The translations under genes and the position numbers were made by a program. The notes below the pieces were generated by a model. The model was not told the DNA's origin. It worked only from the letters and a program-made list of their open reading frames with translations, and searched no databases. 32,000 nucleotides of DNA from Vibrio cholerae ATCC 14035 (GTDB taxonomy: Bacteria > Pseudomonadota > Gammaproteobacteria > Enterobacterales > Vibrionaceae), in NCBI RefSeq assembly GCF_000621645.1, contig NZ_JHXR01000004.1, positions 60,001 through 92,000 on the forward strand. Reading direction: 5' to 3'. Shown here piece by piece: positions 16,969 to 25,303 of this stretch (position 1 is the stretch's first letter; every line of letters starts with the position of its first letter).

Positions 16969-17544
16969 TTACTGAGTGAGTGCTGCGAGGTTAGCAGGGC
17001 GGTAATAAACCGACTTCAGCACTTTGCCCTGACGCACGGTTTTAGACTCAGAGATAAAATCCTCTGCGCATTTGGCAATAATATACTCACCTTGATGAAC
17101 CGCCATTAGCTTGACACCTTGTTCAGCATAGAATTTCTCAGTATCTAAATACTCTTGTTCACTGCGACACACTTTACTCATGTTGGAGCTGTGTACTTCA
17201 TCCCAGCATGAAAGAAAGTCGATATTTAAGTTAGCCGCAACATGCAAAAGTAGGTCAATCAAATAGCTGATCGCTAGATTGTCTTCTACCTTAGCGTGGC
17301 CTAAATGCACCAATCTTCCCATCAACACATAGACGGTATCCACAATCGCATCCGCTTGTTCGGTTTTATTGTCGGCTTGGGCAAGCTCAGTCAGCTCTTC
17401 AATCGCCAAAGAAGTGTGTAAGGTGTCAGCCTGGGAATTTAAGGTCTGTGGTGCAGCGACAGGCAGATCAAAGGTTTGGCGGAATTCACTGATATCACGG
17501 TATAAGTGGTCGAAAATCTCTTGCGTCAGCTTAGTTAATTGCAT
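16969..17544 (-). CDS. All-alpha NTP pyrophosphohydrolase-like protein (MazG/PRA-PH superfamily, COG4696-like)
   Basis: 191 aa with an EExxE...ExxD-type metal motif (LAIEELTELAQA ... EQADAIVDTVYVLMG). The C-terminal VHSSNMSK ... RQGKVLKS pattern is one I associate with this family. The assignment is from memory of the family motifs. Confidence 0.5.
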   Translation of the reverse strand: MQLTKLTQEIFDHLYRDISEFRQTFDLPVAAPQTLNSQADTLHTSLAIEELTELAQADNKTEQADAIVDTVYVLMGRLVHLGHAKVEDNLAISYLIDLLLHVAANLNIDFLSCWDEVHSSNMSKVCRSEQEYLDTEKFYAEQGVKLMAVHQGEYIIAKCAEDFISESKTVRQGKVLKSVYYRPANLAALTQ

Positions 17545-17644
17545 GCTTGCGTTCCGAATGGGGTTTAACAGGAGGGCAAGTGTAACAAAGCTTGTGCAGC
17601 GGGGCTACGTCAGCACATGAATCACAGGATTGAAAAACAAAGTG

Positions 17645-17675
17645 AGCAAAAACAAAAGGCGCAATTAAGCGCCTT
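17645..17675 (-). terminator. Rho-independent terminator after the DUF2750-like gene
   Basis: aaggcgc-aattaa-gcgcctt forms a 7-bp stem. On the minus strand it is followed by TTTTGTTTTTGC. Confidence 0.7.
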
Positions 17676-17722
17676 ATCGGTAGGGAGAACTGAAATACCG
17701 ATTAACCTACATAGGGAATAGG

Positions 17723-18073
17723 TTATAGGTAGAGTTTGGCCAGTTGTGATGGCTCTAATTCTTTACCTTCGAGGTTGGCATTCCAGTTCGTTCCGACCAG
17801 AACACCATCTTCATCAAGAGTGATTAACCAATCTTCTACAAAAACATCCAGCGGGATTTCTACCACTTCAAAGTCAGCCCACTCTTCAACGTTATGAATT
17901 TGCGCATCTTTTTTGGATGACCAGAAAGGCATCACTTCACTTTCTTCAAATTCAGTCGACTCACAAGAGAGCCAACCTTCTTCATTGCGTAAACCCCAAA
18001 CAAGTTGGCTTTCTTGGGTTTCCTGAATAAACAGCGCTAGATTCGCTTCGATATCTGCCGTTAATTTGCTCAT
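17723..18073 (-). CDS. Small acidic cytoplasmic protein, DUF2750-like
   Basis: 116 aa from the ATG at 18073, which I prefer to the track start at 18118. Features I associate with DUF2750 are LVWGLRNEEGW, MPFWSSKKDA and VLVGTNWN. There is no signal peptide. Confidence 0.5.
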   Translation of the reverse strand: MSKLTADIEANLALFIQETQESQLVWGLRNEEGWLSCESTEFEESEVMPFWSSKKDAQIHNVEEWADFEVVEIPLDVFVEDWLITLDEDGVLVGTNWNANLEGKELEPSQLAKLYL

Positions 18074-18165
18074 TTTATTCTCTCGCAGTAGATAATGCCG
18101 TAAGGGTAGCACTTTCATCGAAGAATGCCCATGCTGATCTCTGTCTGCTCATAAAAAGAGTGAGA

Positions 18166-19776
18166 TCACAGTTTAAAGGCCGTCAGTTTTTGGTCGAGTT
18201 GACGCGACAAGTCAGCCAGTTTTTCACTCTCTTCTGCTAAATAAGTGGCCGCTTGCGACATTTCCAGCGCCGCATCATTAATGCCACTTACGTTACGGTT
18301 CATCTCTTCGGCAACGGCACTTTGTTCTTCCGCTGCGGTGGCAATCTGAGTGGCTTTGTCGCTGACGTGCTGAATGTGATTCACAATCAGAGATAAGTCG
18401 CTGCCCGCATTTTCTGCGGTTGCCACGCTGTTAGCCGCCAATGCTTGGCTTTTTTGCATCGCACTGGCTGTGCTTACCGCCAGTTGTTGCAGACGGTTAA
18501 TCATGGTTTGGATTTCATCGGTGGAATGATGAGTTCGGCTGGCTAAATTCCGTACCTCGTCGGCGACCACAGCAAAGCCGCGACCTTGATCGCCCGCTCG
18601 CGCCGCTTCAATCGCCGCATTTAAAGCAAGAAGGTTCGTTTGTTCGGAAATGCCACTGATGACCGAGGTGACTTCGCTAATTTGCATCACCCCTTCTTTG
18701 AGCTTATTCACTTGATCAGTTGCAACGCCCAGTTCAACCGATAAGGCGCGAATGCTGTCTACGCTCGAATGGACGTCCTTATCTCCTAGGTTCGCTTCTT
18801 TGCTAGCATCGAGGGTATCGCGCGCGGTGTCTTCTGCATGGCCTGCCACATCAGCCACGGTCGCGGTCATCTGGTTCATCGCGGTGGCAAGTTGGCTTAA
18901 TTGGTCACGTTGTGAAACCACGGCTTGGCTGGTTTCTTCGGCAGAGGAGGCGATGCGGATCGCCGCTTCCGCGACAGAAGAGGCGGACTGTACGGATTCA
19001 ACCAAGGCATCATGTACGGCGGCAATACTGTTATTGATGCGCTGGGCAACAATACCAAGCTCATCTTTACCCAGCACAGGAATCTGTGCGGTGAGATCGC
19101 CTTGGGCAACTTTTTTCATCACATCTTTGATGGTATCGAGTGGTTGAATCACCGCACGACTGATCACAACACCCAGACCTATCATAACGAGCGTCACTAT
19201 GAGGGTGGCGAAACCCATTCTCAGGAACTGTTGGTAAACCGCGTGTTCAATATCGTCCAACAACATGCCTGAGCCTAAAATCCATCCCCAAGGCGCAAAG
19301 CCATTGACGAACGAGAGTTTATCGGCAGGGTTGCCTTGTTGATTTTTCCAAGGGTAGATCAACGAGCCTTGTTGACCATTGCGCGCTAAGTCGATCATGG
19401 TGAACCAGAATTGACCTTCTGTATCTTTGCCCGGATTCCCCATCTGTTGACCAACCAGATCCTGACGGATCGGGTGTACCACTGTGTAGCGTGATTCATC
19501 AATCACGAACATATAGTTGTTGCCATCAAATCGTAGCGCGTTAATCAGGGCTTTGGCCTGTTCTTGAGCTTGTTCTTTGGGTAGGGTTTGGTTGAGATAA
19601 GCCACCTGAGATAGGGTGCTTTGAATCACTGCTTTCAAACGTGCTTCACGCTCAGCAACCAAGTTTTCTTTTAGGGCATTGGCAGAGATAAAGAGCAGGC
19701 TCAAAAATCCAACAATACCGACGATGACAATAGCGGCCAGTTTATAACTGACCTTGATATTCTCTAGCTTCAACAT
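18166..19776 (-). CDS. Methyl-accepting chemotaxis protein with a periplasmic Cache-type sensor and HAMP domain
   Basis: It has an N-terminal TM segment, then a Cache-like region ([15 protein letters not shown] ... [16 protein letters not shown]), a second TM segment and HAMP. The conserved signalling hairpin [35 protein letters not shown] is present. AGGTGG SD. Confidence 0.9.
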   Translation of the reverse strand: MLKLENIKVSYKLAAIVIVGIVGFLSLLFISANALKENLVAEREARLKAVIQSTLSQVAYLNQTLPKEQAQEQAKALINALRFDGNNYMFVIDESRYTVVHPIRQDLVGQQMGNPGKDTEGQFWFTMIDLARNGQQGSLIYPWKNQQGNPADKLSFVNGFAPWGWILGSGMLLDDIEHAVYQQFLRMGFATLIVTLVMIGLGVVISRAVIQPLDTIKDVMKKVAQGDLTAQIPVLGKDELGIVAQRINNSIAAVHDALVESVQSASSVAEAAIRIASSAEETSQAVVSQRDQLSQLATAMNQMTATVADVAGHAEDTARDTLDASKEANLGDKDVHSSVDSIRALSVELGVATDQVNKLKEGVMQISEVTSVISGISEQTNLLALNAAIEAARAGDQGRGFAVVADEVRNLASRTHHSTDEIQTMINRLQQLAVSTASAMQKSQALAANSVATAENAGSDLSLIVNHIQHVSDKATQIATAAEEQSAVAEEMNRNVSGINDAALEMSQAATYLAEESEKLADLSRQLDQKLTAFKL

Positions 19777-20006
19777 GACGTTACCACCTAACTGAGCGCT
19801 GTAATGTTTATGGTCTTATTCGGCTAGGTTATTGTTTGAATGAATAGGCCGATAAGGACTAATAAAAGGATGGTTCACAACGGCTGATTTGCCACTGGCC
19901 TCAGTTCATTTTGTTAACCAGCTCAACTATTTGATGAGAGTTAGTGCAATAACTCAAACGCAAGCAGGGAGGCTAAGCCTCCCTCGTTAGGATGGGATGA
20001 AAAGAG

Positions 20007-20519
20007 TTAAGCTTCGAGCGTCACGCGAGTATCTTCGCTTAACGCTTCAAGCTCATTGATGACGTCATCGATTTCAATATTCACTGGCAGGCGCATAGCG
20101 ACATTGGCCGTAAATAGGCTTGAGCTGATACCGCCACCGCCGGCGATAAACACACGTTGGCAGTCCATATCTAAGATGCTAATACCTTGGCCATCAAGCA
20201 GATGAGTTATTTCATTCACGATCCCTGCGCGATCGTTGGCATCCAATCTGACCTTATAGACAGCATCACTCTTATGGACATGCGGGTCGGCATCGGTAAT
20301 TTCGACCAAAAGACTGGGGTAGGTTTGGAAGGCTTGCTTCACTGTGCTGGCATTGTCTGCAGGTAATTCAATTTTGATCACAGCAGCAACGCTGTCTTCA
20401 ATGAAATTCACCTTACTGATGAGCCACTTACCTCCATTTTCGTGAGTGACGGCTGCCAGTTGCTTTATGGTGGCAGGCGTTGCTTTTCCGACAAAATTCA
20501 CAATAAATGTGCTGTTCAT
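20007..20519 (-). CDS. Tandem ACT-domain protein, GcvR (glycine cleavage system regulator) family-like
   Basis: 170 aa comprising two ~75-aa ACT-like halves (FIVNFVGKATPATIKQLA..., YKVRLDANDRAGIVNEITHLL...). AGGAGG SD. The family call is from the overall pattern only. Confidence 0.55.
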   Translation of the reverse strand: MNSTFIVNFVGKATPATIKQLAAVTHENGGKWLISKVNFIEDSVAAVIKIELPADNASTVKQAFQTYPSLLVEITDADPHVHKSDAVYKVRLDANDRAGIVNEITHLLDGQGISILDMDCQRVFIAGGGGISSSLFTANVAMRLPVNIEIDDVINELEALSEDTRVTLEA

Positions 20520-20748
20520 GTTGGCCTCCTGACAAGGAATACGCGTTGCTCGCTCTTTGAGTGTAGGAGGTTAACTTGGGGTGGAATTGACCAAAATCAA
20601 TTTTTGGACAGGGAGTCTCAGCAGAAGGACAATAATTCTACTTGCGCCACAGATTTATCCCCTTCTGGCTGGCACTGAGCTTCAATTTTAGATTATTTGG
20701 TTCTCTTGCGAGGAGAGAATGAAAGGGAACGTGAAGGCGAATAATGCA

Positions 20749-20777
20749 GACAGGCTATACCTTAGGTATAGCCTGTC
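20749..20777 (-). terminator. Perfect 13-bp hairpin after the exported-protein gene (possible terminator)
   Basis: gacaggctatacc-tta-ggtatagcctgtc. The minus-strand tail TGCATTATTCGCC is only moderately U-rich. Confidence 0.4.
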
Positions 20778-20784
20778 GCACAGA

Positions 20785-21684
20785 TTAGAAGGTGATTTTA
20801 AAATTGACGCCGTAATACTGTGAATCGTATGGAGCACCTGCATCCAACGCATATTTGGCTGCATCTGGGTTGTTTGACCAAGGGCTGCTTTGGAAGGAAA
20901 CATCCGCAGAGCCTCCCCAAGCACTGCTGACCCAGCCATGAATATGACCGATTGGGTTGAGGAAGAAGAGAGTCACGCCACCCATAGTATCGGAGCCCAT
21001 GACTTCACCCCCATTCGCCACAATATTTTGTTCGGCTTCAAACATCAGTTCACCGATCACAGCACCAAAAAACGGGGTGATGAAAATATCTTGCCACGAG
21101 GGGACTTCTGCGAAAGCTTCAACCCCATATTCCCAGAAGAACGTCGACATGGTGGCCGAGTAGAGGAAGGATTCGAACTCGTTGAATCCTGCATGACGCG
21201 CCGCCGTGTAATAAACACCACCAAAGTATGGGTGCATAATGTAGTTCAGAAAATGTTCGTCACGATCCCAAGTTGGGCCTGAGGTAACATTATCTTTCCA
21301 CTTTTTACCAAGGCCGCTCAGTTTGCGATCTTCTGCGTCCCATTTTGTGATGGATTCAGGGAGTAAAGTCATCAATCCTGCGGTCATAACACTCAGGCCG
21401 AGAATGGTATAGGTTTGACCTTTCAGATAATCCCAGTCACGGGTGTCTTGCACCATTAAATATTTGGGAAGATGTTCATCGAGCTTGAGTGAAGAAGCAT
21501 CATTGAGACTCAAAGAAAAAGGGTTACCAACAGAGTCGGTATAATAATTGCTTGAATAGCAGCCGTTCTGTTCACAGCTCAATGGATAGGTAAAATCAGA
21601 TTTGAAGTTCACATCTTGTTGCTGTGCACTTACGCAGGCGGAAAATGTCAACAACATCATTGAGGTGATGTTTTTCTTGAGCAC
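20785..21684 (-). CDS. Exported, probably outer-membrane-associated protein (DUF3943-like)
   Basis: GTG start with GGAGA 5 nt upstream. The signal peptide is MLKKNITSMMLLTFSACVSA-QQ, and the C-terminus is YYGVNFKITF with a terminal Phe, as in many OMPs. The NYIMHPYFGGVYYTAARHAG motif is one I associate with DUF3943. Confidence 0.5.
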   Translation of the reverse strand: MLKKNITSMMLLTFSACVSAQQQDVNFKSDFTYPLSCEQNGCYSSNYYTDSVGNPFSLSLNDASSLKLDEHLPKYLMVQDTRDWDYLKGQTYTILGLSVMTAGLMTLLPESITKWDAEDRKLSGLGKKWKDNVTSGPTWDRDEHFLNYIMHPYFGGVYYTAARHAGFNEFESFLYSATMSTFFWEYGVEAFAEVPSWQDIFITPFFGAVIGELMFEAEQNIVANGGEVMGSDTMGGVTLFFLNPIGHIHGWVSSAWGGSADVSFQSSPWSNNPDAAKYALDAGAPYDSQYYGVNFKITF

Positions 21685-21856
21685 AGATGTCTCCAGTTAG
21701 GTGATATGTCGATCAGGGTAACAATTATCCATAAAACTCACAAACAAGGAACCGATAATTCGCGCTTGTTTGAAATAGCTTAGTCGATAAAACATTCTTT
21801 TCTATTAGCTTATTGTAAGCCAATATGGAAACTGCATTTACATCAGGATGGCAAAT

Positions 21857-23095
21857 ATGTTGAAAATAGCAATGCTCAGTACCGGCGAAGAAGTTTTGCA
21901 CGGTGATATCGTCGATTCTAACGCCGCTTGGCTAGCGCGCGAATTTTATCAACATGGCTTTTCACTGGCTAAACGCGCCACGGTTGGAGATAGCTTGCCT
22001 GCTCTGGTGGAAGAATTAATGATGCTGAGCTTTAACTCGGATGTGGTAATCGTCAATGGTGGTTTAGGCCCGACCAGCGATGATATCACTGCCCAAGCTG
22101 CGGCTCAGGCAGCAGAACAACCGCTGGTTTTGAACGCAGATTGGTTGAGTCAACTGGAAGCCTTTTTCATTGGGCGTGGTCGAGCGATGCCAGAAAGTAA
22201 TCGCAAACAAGCGATGCTGCCAGCCAATGCCGAGGTGATTGATAACCCAATTGGTACCGCTTGTGGTTTTAAAATGCAGATCAACGATTGCTGGTTTTAT
22301 TTCACTCCGGGCGTTCCCAAAGAGTTTTACAAAATGGTCAGCGAGCAGATCTTGCCTAATCTGCAGCGGCAATTTCCTTCCGTTCAAGGGCAACAGTGTA
22401 GCCGCTTATATACCTTCGGCACTTCGGAATCCTCCATCTCCGATAAGCTAGATAAAATGCATTTGCCGGAAGGCTACACCTTAGGTTATCGCTCTTATCT
22501 GCCGTTTATTGAAGTCAAACTGTTTGGCCCAGACCAAGATCAAGAACGTCGCCTCAGCTTACTGAAAATCATACATTCGCATCTAGAACAGTATGTGGTG
22601 AGCATTGATGAACCCATGTTGACCTATTTAGGCCATGTGATGGCAGAAAAAGGGCTCTCTTTGGCTTTGGCAGAGCAAGCAACCCAAGGTGGGTTGTCGA
22701 GTTGGCTGCTGAGTGATCCCAACGTTGAAGCCCTCGCCGGCCATTCTTGGATCTTAAGCCACAGAGTATCGTCTGAGCTTGCTCATCAAGACCCACTAGC
22801 AGCAGCGTTTGCCCTAGCAGGAGCGACGAAAGACAAATGCGGTACCCAAATGGCACTGGTTACAGGGGCTTTGAAAGAGGATCACGTTTCGGTTGCGCTC
22901 TCAACCCCAAATGGTGAGTGGGGGCAAACAGTCAAATTTGTGCGTCGTTTTAGCGCACAAGAGCAAAAAGAGTGGATCGCAACACTGGCTGCGGACATGT
23001 TACTGCGCTATCTCACTGGACGTTCTATGTTTGTGGGTTACAGTGCGGTTGAGCGGGTCAAAGAGATGCATTTGCCGAGTAGCGTGCTCAATTAA
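21857..23095 (+). CDS. cinA: CinA-like competence/damage-inducible protein (MoCF-type N-domain plus C-terminal CinA domain)
   Basis: Motifs LSTGEEVLHGDIVDSNAAWLA and VNGGLGPTSDDIT. The ATG at 21857 has AGGA 8 nt upstream and is preferred over 21848. Confidence 0.85.
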   Translation: MLKIAMLSTGEEVLHGDIVDSNAAWLAREFYQHGFSLAKRATVGDSLPALVEELMMLSFNSDVVIVNGGLGPTSDDITAQAAAQAAEQPLVLNADWLSQLEAFFIGRGRAMPESNRKQAMLPANAEVIDNPIGTACGFKMQINDCWFYFTPGVPKEFYKMVSEQILPNLQRQFPSVQGQQCSRLYTFGTSESSISDKLDKMHLPEGYTLGYRSYLPFIEVKLFGPDQDQERRLSLLKIIHSHLEQYVVSIDEPMLTYLGHVMAEKGLSLALAEQATQGGLSSWLLSDPNVEALAGHSWILSHRVSSELAHQDPLAAAFALAGATKDKCGTQMALVTGALKEDHVSVALSTPNGEWGQTVKFVRRFSAQEQKEWIATLAADMLLRYLTGRSMFVGYSAVERVKEMHLPSSVLN

Positions 23096-23344
23096 AAATC
23101 AAAATCTTACAATAATGGATTGATTTTAAATGGCTTTTTTATCGTTACGCGTTCGGTGTTAACTGAATGAATCCGCTACTTATTCTGCTTATTGATGGTT
23201 TAGCTTTCGTTATGCGTATTTTGTCTAATCAATAAGCGGATGATTTATTTAGAGAGCATGATTTGTCTCAAAAGAGAGGCTTTAAACCCTTGGTTGGATC
23301 GGTACACTGACTGCTCCCCCGAAAAGTGGCGGCAGGAGGCTGAC

Positions 23345-23599
23345 ATGTTTCAACACTCGAAAATCTTGGTTTGGTATAAAATCGCCAGTCAAAAAGTCGT
23401 TTTAGGAGAAGCACATAGCGACGGAACTGAGGATGTAGTTTCACTCTGGTTACACGCTCCAACCCAATTCGATAACGCCAGTAACCAAGGCTATTGGTTA
23501 TCGCTATTTGATGATGGCGGACGCGAAATCGGCAATAAGTGGGTATCCATGAGAACTGCGGATGCGATTTTGTGTGGCGGGAATAGAGCCAGAGCCTAA
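23345..23599 (+). CDS. Hypothetical 84-aa protein
   Basis: The ATG at 23345 is preceded by AGGAGG with a 5-nt spacer. The longer track ORF from 23240 has no SD. I recognise no motif (MFQHSKILVWYKIASQKVVLGEAHSDGTEDVVSLWLHAPTQFDN...). Confidence 0.45.
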   Translation: MFQHSKILVWYKIASQKVVLGEAHSDGTEDVVSLWLHAPTQFDNASNQGYWLSLFDDGGREIGNKWVSMRTADAILCGGNRARA

Positions 23600-23667
23600 G
23601 CTCTGGTTTGTGCATATCCTGTGAAGCCGCCGTATTCATGGCGGCAACTTCATATTCAATGGCTTTT

Positions 23668-23713
23668 CCCCTTCCTACTTGAAGCTGCAACGCCAAATAG
23701 TTTGGGTAGAGTT
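23668..23713 (+). repeat. Miniature ERIC derivative (46 bp)
   Basis: tccccttcctacttgaagctgcaacgccaaatagtttgggtagag is the left and right ERIC arms fused. It has the same structure as the 10251 copy. Confidence 0.7.
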
Positions 23714-23796
23714 CACCTCACTTTTCTCAACTCAAACGGTTATCGACCTCATCGACTTATTGATAAAGTCGAAAACCATTGGTTGGGCGCGATGGG

Positions 23797-24075
23797 TTAA
23801 GCGCGTTTGGCTTTTAGCTGATACGTGACTTGTTCTATCTCAAGTGCCGTTTTTGCACGGCAGATACAAGGTAGAATTTCATTGCCTTGTGTATAAGCCA
23901 TGGCAAAACCAACATACTCGACTTCACCAGAGATGAGCTGACAACGACAAGCACCACAGTGCCCGTCGCGACAGTTGTATTCTGGCTCTAACCCTGCTTG
24001 TTCCATACTTTCAAGCAGAGTATGGCTCGAGTTAGATTCAATTGTCAGCAGCTTGTTGATTTTGATTGCAGCCAT
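23797..24075 (-). CDS. yfaE: 2Fe-2S ferredoxin YfaE (class Ia RNR diferric-tyrosyl cofactor maintenance)
   Basis: 92 aa with the Cys cluster CRDGHCGACRC plus a later PCIC motif. Its ATG overlaps the nrdB stop (TAATG), as in the enterobacterial nrdAB-yfaE operon. Confidence 0.9.
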   Translation of the reverse strand: MAAIKINKLLTIESNSSHTLLESMEQAGLEPEYNCRDGHCGACRCQLISGEVEYVGFAMAYTQGNEILPCICRAKTALEIEQVTYQLKAKRA

Positions 24076-25208
24076 TACAGTTCAAAGCCCTCGAAATCAT
24101 CGGCGCTTACCTCGTTGTCGATTTGACCCACTAAGTAAGAACTGATCTCAGCCTCTTGAGGTGCCACTTGCACGTTATCAGAAGACAGCCATGCGTTGAT
24201 CCATGGGATCGGGTTATTCGTCGCGGCTGGGTATGCCGGCTCTAAACCGACGGCTTGCATACGGATATTGGTAATGTACTCGACGTACTGACACAGAATA
24301 TCTTTATTAAGGCCGATCATCGAACCGTCTTTGAACAGGTATTCTGCCCACTCTTTCTCTTGTTCAGCGGCTTCTTTGAACAAATCGAAGCTTTCTTGCT
24401 TACACTCTTCTGCCACTTGCAGGAAGGTAAAATCATCCATGCCGTTGCGCAGTAGATTCAACATGTGTTGAGTACCCGTCAGGTGCAAGGCTTCGTCACG
24501 TGCAATCAGTTTGATGATTTTCGCGTTACCTTCCATCAGTTCACGTTCTGCAAACGCGAAAGAGCAGGCAAAGCTTACATAGAAGCGAATCGCCTCCAGT
24601 GCATTGACTGACATCAAGCAGAGATACAGCTTCTTCTTCAGCTCTTTCAGCGATACCGTGATGGTTTCACCGTTGATCTGATGTTGGCCTTCACCATAGC
24701 GGTGATAGTCATTAGTCAGCTCAATCAAATCATCGTAGTAGTGGGCGATGTCTTTCGCACGCTTGATGATGTGCTCGTTTTCAACGATGTCGTCAAACAC
24801 CACTGCAGGATCATTCACGATATTACGAATGATGTGAGTGTAAGAGCGTGAGTGAATGGTTTCAGAGAAAGACCAAGTTTCAATCCACGTTTCCAGCTCT
24901 GGCAGTGAAACCAGTGGCAGCAGTGCGACGTTCGGGCTACGGCCTTGAATGGAGTCGAGCAGAGTTTGGTATTTCAGGTTAGAAATGAAAATATGCTTTT
25001 CATGATCCGGCAATTTGCCGTAGTCAATTCGATCGCTGGATACATCCACTTCTTCTGGACGCCAGAAGAAGGAGAGTTGCTTTTCAATCAGCTTCTCAAA
25101 AATCTCATATTTTTGTTGGTCGTAACGTGCGACGTTGACAGGCTGACCAAGGAACATAGGTTCTTTAAGTTGGTCATTCTTCTTTTGGGTAAAAGTACTG
25201 TAAGCCAT
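24075..25208 (-). CDS. nrdB: Ribonucleoside-diphosphate reductase class Ia beta subunit
   Basis: Nearly identical over long stretches to E. coli NrdB as I recall it ([34 protein letters not shown]..., [21 protein letters not shown]). The ATG at 25208 matches the E. coli N-terminus, whereas the track start at 25244 adds 12 codons. Confidence 0.97.
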   Translation of the reverse strand: MAYSTFTQKKNDQLKEPMFLGQPVNVARYDQQKYEIFEKLIEKQLSFFWRPEEVDVSSDRIDYGKLPDHEKHIFISNLKYQTLLDSIQGRSPNVALLPLVSLPELETWIETWSFSETIHSRSYTHIIRNIVNDPAVVFDDIVENEHIIKRAKDIAHYYDDLIELTNDYHRYGEGQHQINGETITVSLKELKKKLYLCLMSVNALEAIRFYVSFACSFAFAERELMEGNAKIIKLIARDEALHLTGTQHMLNLLRNGMDDFTFLQVAEECKQESFDLFKEAAEQEKEWAEYLFKDGSMIGLNKDILCQYVEYITNIRMQAVGLEPAYPAATNNPIPWINAWLSSDNVQVAPQEAEISSYLVGQIDNEVSADDFEGFEL

Positions 25209-25227
25209 TGTTGCCTTCATCCGTTTG

Positions 25228-25249
25228 GCCTCTTGCCTAAGCAAGAGGC
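25228..25249 (-). other. Intercistronic stem-loop between nrdA and nrdB
   Basis: gcctcttgc-ctaa-gcaagaggc forms a perfect 9-bp stem with no U-tract. It lies 20 nt upstream of the nrdB start. Confidence 0.4.
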
Positions 25250-25303
25250 ATGCAAATCAAAGAGTTAAACTATTTTCTCGTGTTGTGCTTTAGAAGCAGG
25301 CGC

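Noticed and set aside
23268-23696. The 142-aa minus-strand ORF overlapping the 84-codon ORF.
   Set aside because: It has no SD, it runs through the mini-ERIC at its 5' end, and its composition is Arg/Trp/Cys-rich and atypical. The plus-strand ORF with the AGGAGG SD is the better candidate, though it too is unproven.
578-23713. The repeats might be VCR/attC sites of the Vibrio superintegron, or a CRISPR array.
   Set aside because: The copies are dispersed singly among core genes rather than arrayed with cassettes or spacers. No integrase or cas genes are present. The core matches the ERIC/IRU consensus rather than an attC-type structure.
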